Below are positions 24,178 through 37,784 of a stretch of 64,000 nt of DNA, piece after piece. Under the pieces are notes generated by a model. It ran no database searches. It was given only the letters and a program-made list of their open reading frames with translations, and was not told where the DNA came from. The position numbers and the translations under genes were made by a program. Source of the DNA: Mobula hypostoma (Eukaryota). The stretch covers positions 181,228,001-181,292,000 of the forward strand of contig NC_086097.1 in the NCBI RefSeq assembly GCF_963921235.1, in the 5' to 3' direction. Within the stretch, counting starts at the first letter, position 1. Each line of letters starts with the position of its first letter.

Positions 24178-25512
24178 CACTCACATCTACAGTGATGAAA
24201 TGCTTTGAGAGGTTGGTCATGACTAGACTAAACTGTCTCAACAAGGACCTGGACCCACTGCAATTTGCCCATTACCACAATAAATCAATAGCACACACGA
24301 TCTCAATGGCTTTTCACATGGCCTTGGACCACCTGGGCAATACAAACACCTATGTCAGGATGTTGTTCATTGACTATAGCTCAGCATTTATCACCATCAT
24401 TCCCACAATCCTGTTTGATAAATTACAGAACCTGGGCCTCTGTATCTTCGTCTGCAATTGGCTCCTTGACTTCCTAACCAGAAGACCACAATCTGTGCGG
24501 ATTGGTGATAATATCTCCTCCTCGCTAACGATCAACACTGGTGTACATCAGGGGTATGTGCTTAGCCCACTGCTCTACTCTCTCTATACCCATGACTGTG
24601 TGGCTAGGCATAGCTCAAATACCATTTATAAATTTGCTGTTGATACAACCATTGTTGGTAGAATCTCAGATGGAGATGACAGGGCGCACAGGAGCGAGAT
24701 AGGTCAGCTGGTGGAGTGGTGTACAGCAAAAACCTGGAACTTAACATCAGTAAGACCGAAGAGCTGATTGTGGACTTCAGGAAGGGTAAGACAAAGGAGC
24801 ACATACCAATCCTCATGGAGGGATCAGAAGTGGAGAGAGTGAGCAGCTTCAAGCTCCTGGGTATCAAGATCTCTGAGGACCTAACCTGGTCCCAACATAT
24901 CGATGCAGCTATAAAGAAGGCAAGATAGTGACTATACTTCCATTGGAGTTTGTAGAGATTTGGTATGTCAACCAAAACACCCAAAAACTTCTATAGATGT
25001 ACAGTGAAGAGCATTCTGACAGGCTGCATCACTGTCTGGTATGGAGGAACTACTGCACAGGACATAAAGAAGCTGCAGAGAGTCATAGATCTAGTCAGCT
25101 CCATCTTGGGTACTAGCCTACAAAGTACCCAGCACACCTTCAAGGAGTGGTGTCTTGGAAAGGTGGCGCCCATTATTAAGGAGCCCTATCACCCAGTACA
25201 TGTCCTTTTCTCACTGTAATCATCAGGTAGGAGGTACAGAAGCCTGAAGGCACACACTCAGCGATTCAGGAATAGCTTCTTCCCCTCTGCCATCTGATTC
25301 CTAAATGGAAATTGAACCCATGAACACTACCTCAATTTTAAAATATATATTATTTGTTTTTGTACAATTTTTAATCTATTCAATACACATATACTGTAAT
25401 TGATCTACTTATTTTTTTCTTCTATTTTATTTATTGCATTGAACTGCTGCTGCTAAGTTAACAAATTTCACGACACATGCCGGTGATAATAAACCTGATT
25501 CTGATTCTGATT
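24178..25512 (+). mobile_element. Rex-Babar (Rex1-like) LINE, 5'-truncated
   Basis: MKCFERLV, LDPLQFA, VRMLFIDYSSAF, QGYVLSPLLYSL, KFAVDTT; 3' end aataaacctgattctgattctgatt. Confidence 0.85.
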
Positions 25513-26021
25513 CCAGCATGTCAGTCGTTTTTTACGCTGTCCTTACAAACATCAAGGTCCCTCTCACTGAAGCAAAATATTCATTAAGAACCTCCCCTAC
25601 CTCCTCCTGCTTTGTTGCTCTGGATTCCAATATCTGCAGTTTCTTGTGTCACCTGTAGGAATAATTGAGTTCTTTTGCCTTTGCCATTTAGAATTTGCAT
25701 TCATGGTTTAGATTAATCAATTTAAGATTTTGAAAGGAATTGTAAGGTCGATGTTGAGAGGCTGTCTCCTAGGTTTGGAAAGTCCTGGACTGGAGAGTGT
25801 TAGCAGATGATCAGGGGTGACTTGATGTAAAGAGGTCAAATGAGGAGGGAAATAAATTAATCTGAATCTGACCCATATAGGACAGAAATAAGGAAATGTG
25901 AACTCTTGATCCCATTATGCTGTGTACAGCCAGTCTTTAAGTATGTTTAAGGCCAAGAACCTTGCACACCAAGAGGAAGATACTTCATGGCAGTATGGTA
26001 GAAGACATACCTGAGAGAACA

Positions 26022-26155
26022 AAACAAGAGAAAATCTGCATATGCTGGAAATCCAAGCAACACACAGAACATGCTGGAGGAACTCAGCAGGCCAGGCAGC
26101 ATCAATGGAAAATGAATACAGTCAATATTTTGGGCTGAGACCCTTCAGCAGAACT
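26022..26155 (-). mobile_element. Older PLE tail with degenerate hammerhead
   Basis: Minus strand agttctgctgaagggtctcagcccaaaatattgactg...gatgctgcctggcctgctgagttcctccagca. Confidence 0.75.
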
Positions 26156-26624
26156 ACCTGGATGGGTTCATCAAGATCAAATCCAGGCACAACTTGGAAT
26201 CACAAGTAACCAACAGATGATGGATAATTTTCATTGATCCTTTCAATTTGGTCACAGATTCATGCAGCACAGAAACATATCTTCCAGCTTGACCAGTGCA
26301 TGCCAACCATGGTGCCCACCTAGCTAGTCCCAATTCCCTGTCTTTGGCCCATATCCCTCCAAGGTTCACCCCTCCATGTGCATATTAAATTATACCATTG
26401 TATCTGCCTCAACCATTTCCACTGGCATCTCATTCCATGGACAAACCATCCTCAATGTGGAAAAATTGCTTCTCAGGTCCCTTGTAAATTTTTCTCCTCT
26501 CTCTTGAGACCTATACTCTCTGGTTTTTGAATCCCCTTTCCATGGAAAAGGACTGTGTACATTCCCCTATCAATGCCCCTCATGATTTTATGCACCCTCT
26601 AAGCTCACCCCTCAGTCTCCTATA

Positions 26625-28597
26625 TGCTAATGAATAAATTCATAAATGGGTAACAAAGGACATTAAGGACATCCTGAATGCTAAAAAGAGGGTGTTTAGA
26701 GATGGAAATAGGGAGAAGTTGAGGGCAATACAGAGGAACCTGAAAGCCAGGATCAGGGAGGCTAAAAACAGGTACAGGAGGAAGCTTGAGTGGAAACTCC
26801 AGCAGAACAACATGAGTGGGGTCTGGAGTGGGATGAGGGCCATCACTGGGTTCCGGCAAACTAGCAACAGAGGAGCTGAAGGCAGTGTGGACAGGGCCAA
26901 CGAACTTAACCTGTTCTTTAACAGATTTGACATTGTGGCCCCTGCCCATCCCCCACATGAGTTATCTGTTGTCGGCCCCCAACCAACACATATTCCACTC
27001 TCCCCTCCTAACCCTCTCTCATAATACCCCTTCCCCACACGAAACCACCATGGTGGGCTTCACAGCTGAACAGGACAGGTGAGAAGACAGCTGAAACATC
27101 GCAACCCAAGCAAGGCTGCAGGACCGGATGGTGTCAGTACCAGGGTGCTCAAAGCCTGTGCCTCTCAGCTATGTGGAGTACTTCGCCATGTCTTCAACCT
27201 GAGCCTGAAGCTCCGGAGGGTTCCTGTGCTGCGGAAGATGTCCTGCCTCGTCCCTGTGCCGAAGACGCAGCACCCCAGCAGCCTCAATGCCTACAGACCA
27301 GTGGCATTGACCTCCCACATCATGAAGACCCTGGAGAGACTTGTTCTGGAGCTGCTCCGGCCTATGGTCAGGCCACACTTAGATCCCCTCCAGTTCGCCT
27401 ACCAGCCCCGACTAGGAGTTGAGGATGCCATCGCCTACCTGCTGAACCATGTCTACGCCCACCTGGACAAGCCAGCGAGCACTGTGAGGGTCATGTTTTT
27501 TGACTTCTCCAGTGTGTTCAACACCATCCACCCTGCTCTGCTGGGGGAGAAGCTGACAGCGATGCAGCTGGATGCTTTCCTGGTGTCATGGATTCTCGAT
27601 TACTTGACTGACAGACCACAGTACATGTGCTTGCAACACTGTGTGTCCAACAGAGTGATCAGCAGCACTGGGGCTCCACAGGGGACTGTCTTGTCTCCCT
27701 TTCTCTTCACCGTTTACACCTCGGACTTCAACTACTGCACGGAGTCTTGTCATCTTCAGAAGTTTTCTGATGACTCTGCCATAGTTGGATGCATTAGCAG
27801 GGGAGATGAGGCTGAGTACAGGGCTACGGTAGGAAACTTTGTCACATGGTGTAAGCAGAGTTATCTGCAGCTTAATGTGAAAAAGACTAAGGAGCTGGTG
27901 GTAGACCTGAGGAGAGCTAAGGTACCGGTGACCCCTGTTTCCATCCAGGGGGTCAGTGGGGACATGGTGGAGGATTACAAACACCTGGGGATATGAATTG
28001 ACAATAAACTGGACTGGTCAAAGAACACTGAGGCCGTCTAAAAGAAGGATCAGAGCCGTCTCTATTTCCTGAGGAGACGGAGGTCCTTTAACATCTGCTG
28101 GACGATGCTGAGGATGTTCTACAAGTCTGTGGTGGCCAGTGCGATCATGTTTGCTGTTGTGTGCTGGGGCAGCAGGCTGAGGGTAGCAGACACCAACAGA
28201 ATCAACAAACTCATTCGTAAGGCCAGTGATGTTGTGGGGATGGAACTGGACTCTCTCACGGTGGTGTCTGAAAAGAGGATGCTGTCCAAGTTGCATGCCA
28301 TCTTGGACAATGTCTCCCATCCACTACATAATGTACTGGTTGGGCACAGGAGTACATTCAGCCAGAGACTCACTCCACCGAGATGCAACACTGAGCGTCA
28401 TAGGAAGTCATTCCTGCCTGTGGCCATCAAACTTTACAACTCCTCCCTTGGAGGGTCAGACACCCTGAGCCAATAGGCTGGTCCTGGACTTATTTCCTGG
28501 CATAATTTACATATTACTATTTAATTATTTGTGGTTTTAAACTACTTAATTATTTATGGTGCAACTGTAACAAAAACCAATTTCCCCCGGGATCAAT
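26625..28597 (+). mobile_element. Younger Rex-Babar LINE inserted into a minus-strand CR1 fragment
   Basis: 305-aa RT ORF 27079-27996 (KAAGPDGV, YRPVALTS, LDPLQFAYQ, FFDFSSVFNTI, GAPQGTVLSP, KFSDDS). CR1 sequence flanks it on both sides (~26250-26620, ~28600-28920). Confidence 0.88.
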
Positions 28598-31367
28598 CTC
28601 TCCCTATAACTCAGACCCTCGAGCTCTGGCAACATTTTCCTTTATCTTCTTTGGACTCTTTCCAACTTAGTGACATCTTTTCTATAATAGGCTGATTAAA
28701 ACTGAACTCAGTACTCCAAGTGCAGTCTCATCAATGACTAATACAAGTGCAATGTGACATCTCGACTCTTATTACATCACTGCCCTGTCTGATGAAGGCC
28801 AATATGCCAAACGCTTTCTTCACCACCCTATCTACCTAATGCTGGGCTTAGGGAACCATGTGTTTGTAGTCCTAGATCCCTCTGTTCTACAACACTGCCC
28901 AGCCCCTGCTGTCACTGTAATGTGAGAAATCCTACCCCGATTGTCGTGCAATCCCTGGGTGTCATACATTGTAACAGCAGCAGATGGCGATGTGCACCAC
29001 AAAAAAAATCAGGAACGCGACAAGAACAGAATTTGTCATTCAACCCTCTCACTGCACCTTTGTTCCATGAGATTGTGACTGATGCAGTCAGAGTCTCAAC
29101 ATTTATCTGCCTGTTCCCCTTTCATTTGATTTCCACATATTCTAAAATTTTCCATTTCTGCCTTCATTAGATTTGTAGAGTCCTACAGTGTGGAAACAGG
29201 CCCTTTGGCCTGACTCATCCATGCCAAGCGTATTGCTTATCTGAATTCCCATTTGCTGGGATTTGGCTCATATTCCTCTGAATCTTTTTTTTCTCTGAAC
29301 CTGTCTAAGTGTAATTGTACCTGCCACTACCATGTCTAGCACCTTGTTCCAAATACCCACCACCTCTTTAAATTTTCCTCTGTTACCTTAAGCTGGGAGT
29401 CCTCCAGTTTTAAACTCCCCTACCCTAGAAAAGGAGAAAAGTACAGTAAATGACAGGACCCAAAGGAGCGTCCATGTATGGGCAGATTTTGGAGTGTGCC
29501 TGTAGCTCCCTGGATGTGGCAACATGAGTAATCAGAGTAGTAACGAATGCCATGTTGCAGCTGTATTGAAACTCTGGTTAGATCACATTTGGAGTTCAAA
29601 TACCCCACTGTAGGAAGAATGTAGAGGGTTTCAAGAGAGTGCAGAAGTAGTTCACCACGATGCTGTTGGGATTTGAGAGCATTAGCTGTGAGGGGATGAT
29701 TTGACAAACTTGGATTATTTTCTCCAGAGTGTAGGAGGCTGAGTGATGTATATAAAATTATGAGAGGCATAGATAGGTAGACAGTTAGAGTTTGTTTCCC
29801 ATAGTAGAAATATCAAATACCTCAGGGTATAGGTTTAAGGTAAGAGAAGGGATGTTTAAAAGAGATTTATAGAACACATTTTTATTTCACAGAGAGAATA
29901 GTGGATGTCTGGAACACACTCCAGAAGGAGTGGTGAAAACAAATACAACACCAATGCATTTAGACAGACACACAAACAGGCAGGGAATGCGGGGATATGG
30001 ACCACATGCAGGCAGAGGGGATTAGTTTAAGTTGGTCTGATGGTCGGCACAGTCTTGTATTCCTGTTCCATACTGCTCCAAGTCCTACATTGATCTACTT
30101 TGCCTCAGTCAGCGTGTTTCATTTCACTACCTACATATCACACCCAGTGCCATCAGTCCAGTTCCTGGGATATGTTCTTTAGTGAAGAGGGATTAAGGAA
30201 CCCCAAGCCCCCCTCCCTTCCTATGGAAACAGAGACAGGAAGCTGTTGGGCTCCACTATTCAATGTGATCAGTACAAAATCCAGCTATTCCTCTTCCACA
30301 GGGTTGATGCTAATTTGGTCACCCAGTCTAAGTGCAGTCATCCACAGTTACAATTACACCCTTACCAAATAGTTCCCTAATTTCCTCTGGAATGCCAGCC
30401 ACAGCATTCCCACTGTTGTTATGGAGTCTGTAAACAGCTACCCTCACATATTCTCTCCTTTGGTATTTCCTGGCTCAAAACATTCAGATTCCCCATCACC
30501 CAAGCTAATATTCTTCCTTGCCATCATATTAAGTTCTGGAACATGAAACACCACCTCTACTCCTTAACTCTTTTGCTTGTTCTGCCTAAATATCAAATAC
30601 CCCTGGGCATTCAGTCAAAAATTACACTTAACAAAAATAGAGCAAAAGGGAAATAACAAGGCAGTGTTCATCAGTCATGAACGGTTCAGAAATCTAATAT
30701 GAAGGGGAAGAAGTTGCTCCTGAGTCCCAGGGTTGAATTTCATGTACCCATATCTTCTCCCTGGTGGTAGTAATGAGAAAAGGGCATTTCCCCAATGGTG
30801 ATGCTGCCTTCACCGGCTTTTGAAGATGTCCTCATGGTGGGATGAGTTGTACCATGAAGAAGCTTGCTGACTCTACAACCCTTTACAAATTTGTGATCCT
30901 GTGCAGTGGCCCCTCCATACCAGACAGTGATGTAACAAGTCAGAATGCTCTCCACCATACATCTGTAGAGATTTACGAGAGTCTTCAGTGACATACTGAT
31001 ATCCCCATATGCTTCTAATATTTTGATAACATGGTGCATTGAGATGCAAGGCCCTCAGGCAAATCTTTTAACATTATTATTTATCTTCACATTATTTTGT
31101 TCTGTGTCCTAGTCTGGTTTTCATCCCTGATTTCTCCACCTGCCACATTTGCTTTCTCTCTTCCTGACCTTTGTTTCTACCCCATTTTTCTTCCTCTGTC
31201 TCCGTGCACAGGTTGCTGATCCCACCTACACGACCACCAAACACTCTCCCTGGACCACAGTCCCGGGCCTGTACAGGTTCAGACTATCAGCTTGGATTGG
31301 TCCCACACTCTCCAGAACGGACTCCAATCACAGTCCTTTCCCTGTAGATCATTCCTTGGTGCCAATA

Positions 31368-31912
31368 TAAGAACATAAGACATTGGAGCAGAATTAGGCC
31401 ATTTGTCCCATCGAGTCTGCCCTGCGATTCCATCATGGCTGATTTATTATCCCTCTCAACCCTACTCTCCTGCCTTCTCCCCATAACCTTTGATACCCTA
31501 ACTGATCAAGAGCCTTCCAGCCTCTGCTTTAATTATAGTCAGTGACTTGGCTTCCGTAGTTGTCTGTGGCACTTAATTCCTCAGATTCACCACCCTGTGG
31601 CTAAAGAAATTCTTCCTCATCTCTGTTCAAAATAGATATCACTCCATTCTGAGGCTGTGCCCTCTTGTCCTAGACTCCCCCACCATAGGAAACATCTTCT
31701 CCACATCCTCTCTATCTAGGCCTTTCAATATGCAGTAGGTTTCAATGGTAACCACCTCATTCTTCTAAGTGTCAATGAAATCAGGCCCAGAGCCATCAGA
31801 CGCTCCTTATATGATAACACTTTCATTCCTAGAATCATTCTCATGAACACCCTCGGGACATTCTCCAATGCTGGCACATCGTTTCTTTGGTAAGATGCTC
31901 ACAATACTACAA
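31368..31912 (-). mobile_element. CR1 3' fragment
   Basis: Begins ataagaacataagacattggagcagaattaggccatt, the reverse complement of the CR1 terminus seen at 9690 and 39100. Confidence 0.8.
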
Positions 31913-32732
31913 GCGTGCGTGTTAAGGAGTTGGATTTGGAGCTGGAACTACAGGAACTCCAGATCATTCAGGAGACTGAGGGTTTGAAAGACAGGACAGA
32001 CATGGAGGTAGTTACACTCAAGGTGCGGAACACAGGTGGGGGAAAGGGGTGAGGCAGCCTGTGCAGAGCACCCCTGTGGCTGTTCCCCTCAACAACAGAT
32101 ATTCTCCTTTGGTAAAGCCACAGTGGTCAAGTCTCTAGCACTGAGTCTGGCTCTGTGACTCAGAAGGGAAGGGGAAAGAAGAAGTGAGGTGTAGCGATAG
32201 GGGATTTGTTGGTTCAGGGAACAGAAAGGTGGTTCTGTGGATGAAAATGAGATTCCCAAATGTTATGTTGCCTCCAGGGTGCCAGGGTCAGGGACATCTC
32301 AGATCGAGTCCTCAGCATTCTTAAGTGGAAGCAACCAGAGGTCATGGTCCACTTCAGTACCAATGACATAGGTAGGAGGGATGATGAGGTCCTGCAAAGT
32401 AAGTTCAGGAAGTTTGGTGCTAAGTTAAGGGACGAGACCTCCAGGGTTGTAATCTCAGGATTGCTACCCATGCCATGTGCTGGTGAGATCAGAAATAGGT
32501 ACATCATACAGTTTAACACATAGTTAAGGAGGTGGTGCAGGAGGGATAGCTTCAAATTTTTGGATCATTGGACTCTCTTCCAGAAAAGATGGGACCTGAA
32601 AAGACGGAGGAGACTTGCATCTGAACTGGACTGAGACTAATATCGTAGCAGGAAGGGGCGCTGCAGGGGGGCAAGATGCAGGGAGATAGGAACTAGAGCA
32701 CTAGAACATGTAGTGAAGTGATTGTGGAGAAA

Positions 32733-33805
32733 GTTCAAAGTAATTACATTATCAAAGTGCTGAGATTTGTTTTCTTGCGGGGCACACTCAGTAAATCCAG
32801 GAACCATACTAGAATCACTGAAAGACCACACCCAACAAGACAGATAAACAACCAATGTGCAAAAGTCAACAAACTCTGCAAGTACGAAAGAGAAATTATA
32901 ATAATAATTAATAAATAAACAATAAATATCAAAAACATGAGGTGAAGAGTGCCTGAAAGTGAGTCCATAGATGTGGGAACAGTTTAGTGATGGGGCAAGT
33001 GAGATTGAATGAAGTTATCCCCACTGGTTCAAGAGCCTGATGGTTGAGGGGTAATGCGACAGTGCTCCATATAGGTGTGCTCAATGGAGGGAAGGGCTTT
33101 ACCAGTGGTGGGTTGGGCCATATCCACTACCTTTCGTAGGATTTGTTGGTGTGTCCACACCTGGCTGTGATAAGGCCAGTCAATATACTCACCACCACAC
33201 ATCCATAGAAGGTTGTCAAAATATTAGATGTCATGTTGACTATTCACCAACTCCTAAGGAAGCAGAGGCACTGTTGTGCTTTCTTCGTAATTGTACTTGC
33301 GTGTTGCACCCCAGGACAGTTCCCTCCAAAATGATAACACCGAGTAATTTGGAGTTGCTAACCCTCTCCACCTTTGATGCCTGAATGGGACCTCCAGTTT
33401 TCTCCTCCTTGGTCTTGCTGACATCGAGTGAGAGGTACCACTCAGCCACATTTTCAATTTCCCTCCTGTTTGCTGATTCATCACCGCCTTTGATTCAGCC
33501 TAATACAGTGGTGTCATCAGCAAACTTGAGTATGGCATTGGAGCTGTGCTTACCCACACTTTCATAAGTGTAAAGCAAGTAGGGCAGGGAGTTAAGCACG
33601 CAGCCTTGTGGTGCACCTGTGCTGATGGAGATTGTGGAAGAGATGTCGTTGTCAATCCGAACTGACTGGGGTCTACAAGTGAGGAAATCAAGGATCCAAT
33701 TGCATGAGGAGGTATTGACGTCTAGGTCTTGAAGCTTATTACTTAGTTTTGAGGGGCTGATAGTACTGAATGCCAAGCCGTAGTTGATAAAGAGCAACCT
33801 GACGT
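32733..33805 (-). mobile_element. Rex-Babar LINE fragment
   Basis: [15 protein letters not shown]...CNWILDFLT...GAPQGCVL...KFADDTT (33495-33824). Confidence 0.82.
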
Positions 33806-33951
33806 CGCTAAGCCTACTGTACATACAACGATATTTTTAAGCCAACATACAAAGTCAGGAATCAAAATGATAAGACAGGACTGCTTGTCTAGTGAGGCTT
33901 TGTGGGTAGAACTGAGGAACAAGGAGCATGTTAATGGGATTATATTATATC

Positions 33952-34205
33952 CATGGTGGTGTAGAGGTTAGCGTGTCACTACTACAGCTTGGGGCATTCC
34001 AGAGTTCAGAGTTCAATTCCAGTGCTGCCCCTAAGGAGTCAATACGTCCTCCCTGTGAAATATGCGTGTTCTCCCCGGGGGTTCCAGTTTCCTCCCAAAG
34101 TTCACAGGTGCACCACAAGTTCTCCCCGGGGAGGTAAACTGGTTATTATAAATTGTACCGTGATTAGGTTAGGGAAGGGCCCATTCTGTGCTGTATCACG
34201 ACAAA
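33952..34205 (+). mobile_element. tRNA-derived SINE (V-SINE-like)
   Basis: A-box-like tggtgtagaggttagc, B-box gagttcaattcc, V-domain-like ccagtttcctccca. Confidence 0.6.
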
Positions 34206-35420
34206 CACAGACAGGCAGACAGACCCAAAGGTCTGTGGGATTTACAGGACAAAATTCAATCGCAAAATGTTGCAAGAAGAAACGTAAGGTTGTTATAGTA
34301 GGAGATTTTCTCTTTCTGTATATTGAATGGACTCCCACTCTGTAAAAGGACTGGATCGGAAAGAGTTCATTAAATGTGTTCATGACAGTTTACTCAATCA
34401 GTAGTACATAGATGTCACAATGACAGAGAATACAATACTAGATCTCCTTTTAGAGAATGACACAGAGCAGGTGACTAGAAGTTTGTATACGGGAACACTT
34501 TGCATCTTGTGATCATAAATCATTAGTTTCAAATTAATTACGGAAAAGAATAGATCTAGTCCTTGGGTTGAGATTCTAAATTGGAGAAAGGCCAATTTTG
34601 ATGCTATCAGAAAGGATCCGGCAAGTGTGGATTGGGACAGGTTGTTTTCTGGCAAAGGTGTACTTGGTAAGTAGGAGGCCTTCAAAAGTGAAAATTTGAG
34701 AATGCAGAGTTTGTATGTTCCTGTCAGAATAAAAGGCAAAGATAACAGGTTTAAGGAACCTTGCTTTTTGAGACATATTGAGGCCCTGGTTAAAAAAAGG
34801 GAGGTGCAGAGCAGGTATATGCAGGTAGGCAAGACAACACTTAAGAAGGAAATCAGGAGGGCTAAAAGGAGGCATGAGGTTGCTTCAGCGGAAGGAGAAT
34901 CTTAAGGGCTTCTACAGATATGTTAAGAGCAAAAGGATTGCTAGGGACAGAATGGTAATTTATACATGGAGCTGAAAGAGAAGCAGGAGATCTTAAATGG
35001 ATTTTTTTTTGCATTTGTATTTGCTCAGGAGATGGACACAGAGTTGGTAGAGGTGAGGCAAAGCAGTAGTGAGGTCATGGACCCTACACAGGTAACAGAG
35101 GAGGAGGTGTTTGCTGCCCTGAGGCAAATTAGCGTGGATAAATCCCCAGGGCCTGACAAGGTGTTCCTTCAGATCCTGTGGGAGGAGAGTGTATAAATTG
35201 CAGGGGCCTTAGCAGGGTTAGTGTGTTTAAAACATCCTCAGCCACAGTTGAGGTACCGGAGGATTGGAGGAGAGCTAGGATGTTGTTCCGTTATTTAAAA
35301 AAGGCCCTGAGAATCAGCCAAGAAATTATAGGCCAGTGAGCTGAACATCAGTCGTGGGAAAGTTATTCTAAGGGACTGGATATATAAGTATTTGGATAGA
35401 CGTGGAGTGATTAGGGATAT

Positions 35421-37741
35421 CGGAATCCAGTTATCAGAAGCTTTGAGAGGAGGGGGTTTCGCTCAAGTCCACTGCTCGAGTAGCGACCAGCGACCAATCC
35501 GTGTTTGGGATTGATTAGCAAGAGCAAATTAAAGGAAGGCAGGGGCAAGTGCAGAGGCCATCATCTGAGTGGACAGAGTCAGAGTGGTGATTTTGAGGCT
35601 TTAGTCAGAGAAAGCAAAAGAAGAAAAGCTCAAGGTTAAGCTTTTTTTCTCCTGCCCTTCTTTATATCTGCTTAGCTAGGAAGTAGCGATGCCAGGCAGG
35701 ATAGTGCGAAGCCAGGGAGATCTCTCGTTCTCCTTATGACAACAATTGCAAGAGGTGCACCCAGCTGTAGCTTCTAATACTCCGCTTTAAGGAGTCGGAG
35801 CTAGAACTGGATAAACTCCAGATCATTGGGAGGATGAAGGGGTAACAGATAGGATATATAGGGAGGTATTTACACCCAAGGTGCGGGACACAGGAAACTG
35901 GGGGACAGCAAGGAGAAAGGGGTTAAGAAGCCAGTGCAGAGTACCCCTGGGGCCATCCCCTCGACAACAGGTGCAGTATATCAAGCAACACACATCAAAG
36001 TTGCTGGTAAACGCAGCACCAAGGGTCTCGGCCTGAAACGTCGACTGTACCTCTTCCTAGAGATGCTGCCTGGTCTGCTGCGTTCACCAGCAACTTTGAT
36101 ATGTGTTGCTTGAATTTCCAGCATCTGCAGAATTCCTGTTGTAAGTGCAGTATATCACTTTGGATACTGTGGCGGGGGAGGTTGACCTAACAGATGAAAG
36201 TCACAGTGGTCAGTCTCTGGCACTGAGTCCAGCTCTGTGACTCAATAGGGAAGGGGGTTGGGGAGAAAAGGCACGTTGTGGAGATAGAGGATTCATTAGA
36301 ATCACTAGATTATAGAATGGTTCTGAAAGACTGGTAAATTGCAAACGTCCTCCACTCTTCAAGAAGGGAGAGAGACAGAAGCAAGGAAACTATAGGCCAG
36401 TTAGTCTGACCTCAGTGGTTCGATAGATGTTGGAGTCGATTGTTAAGGATGAGGTCCCAGGGTACTTGGAGGCACATGATAAAACAGGCCATAATCAGCA
36501 TGATTCTCTTAGGGAAAATCTTGTCTGATAAATCTGTTGGAATTCTTTGAAAAAATAGCAAGCAGGATAACCAAAAGAAAATTAGTTGATGATGTATACT
36601 TGGATTTTCAGAAAGCGTTTCACAAAGTGCTTCACATGAAGCTGCTTAACAAGCTACCAGTCCATGGCATTACAGGTAAGATTCTAGCATGGATAAAGCA
36701 TTGGCAGGAGGCAAGGAATGAGAATAAAAGAATCCTTTTCTGGTTGGTTGCCACTGACTAGTGGTGTTCCACAGGGGTCTGTGTTGGAACCGATTCTTTT
36801 TATGATATATGTCAATGATTTGGATGATGGAATTGATGGCTTTGAGGCAAAGTTTGCAGGAAATATGAAGATAGGTGGAGGGGCAGGTAGCTTTAGGGAA
36901 GTAGAGAGGTTACAGATTAGGAGAATGAGCAAAGAAATGGCAAATGGAATACAGTGTCGGGAAATGTATGGTCATACACTTTGGTAGAAGAAATGAAAGG
37001 ATTGACTGTTTTCTAAATGGAGAAAATACAAAAATCTGAGGTGCAAAGGGAGTTTGAGTCCTTGTGTAGAATTCCCTAAAGATTAATTTGCAGGTTGAGA
37101 CTGTGGTGAGGAAGGCATTCATTTCAAGAGGACTAAGTATAAAAGCAAGGATGTAATGTTGAGAGTTCATAAAGCACTGGTGAGGCCTCACTGCAGTATT
37201 GTGAGCAGTTTTGGGTCCTTATCTCAGAAAGAATATGCTGAAACTGGAGTGGGTTCAAAGGAGGTTCCCGAAAATGATTCTGGGATTGAATGGCTCGTCA
37301 TATGAAGAGAACTTGATGGCTCTGGGCCATCACTAGAATTCAGAAGAATGAGGGGTTACTTATTGAAACCTATTGAATGGTGAAAGGCCTTGATAGAGTG
37401 GATGTGGAGAGGATGTTTCCTCTGGTGGGAGAGTCTCAGACCAGAGGACATAGCCTCAGAATAGAGGGGTGTCCTTTTAGAACAGAGATGAGGATGAATT
37501 TCTTTAACCATAGAATGGTGATTATGTGCAATTCTTGCCACAGGCAGCTGTGAAAGCCAAGTCACTGTGTATATTTAAGACATAGGTCGATAGATTCTTG
37601 ATTGGTCAGGGCATGAAGGGATATGGGGAGAAGCCAGGAGATTGGGGCTGAAAGGACAATTGGATCAACCATGATGAATTAGAGGAGTAGACACTATAGG
37701 CCAAATGACTGAATCCTGCTCCTATATCTTATGGTCTTATG
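35421..37741 (+). mobile_element. Internally deleted CR1 (5' region, partial ORF1, RT, 3' end) nested in the older CR1
   Basis: DVYLDFQKAF, SGVPQGSVL; terminus tgctcctatatcttatggtcttatgg at ~37741. Confidence 0.8.
35984..36144 (+). mobile_element. Short PLE-tail insertion with an inverted 5' segment
   Basis: TSD gtgcagtatatca at 35971-35983 and 36145-36157. An inverted tail piece (~35981-36018) is followed by the forward tail aagggtctcggcctgaaacgtcgactg...gcatctgcagaattcc. Confidence 0.9.
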
Positions 37742-37784
37742 GCTAGTCAACGAGCTTTTGTGCATGGTAGGTCATGGTCTAACC

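Larger units (their letters stand above)
31915..35420 (+). mobile_element. Long degenerate CR1 (ORF1 SGNH esterase, endonuclease, start of RT) interrupted by a Rex-Babar fragment and a SINE
   Basis: ORF1-like CCLQGARVRDI...VHFSTNDIG...VVISGLLP (32260-32523), VVIVGDF, DKSPGPD; RT resumes at ~37742-38635. Confidence 0.8.

Noticed and set aside
31150..31360. Strong-looking + strand acceptor (long pyrimidine tract, cacag|G at 31211) as an extra ATG9B exon
   Set aside because: Lies beyond the stop codon and probable poly(A) site; no recognisable peptide or convincing donor.
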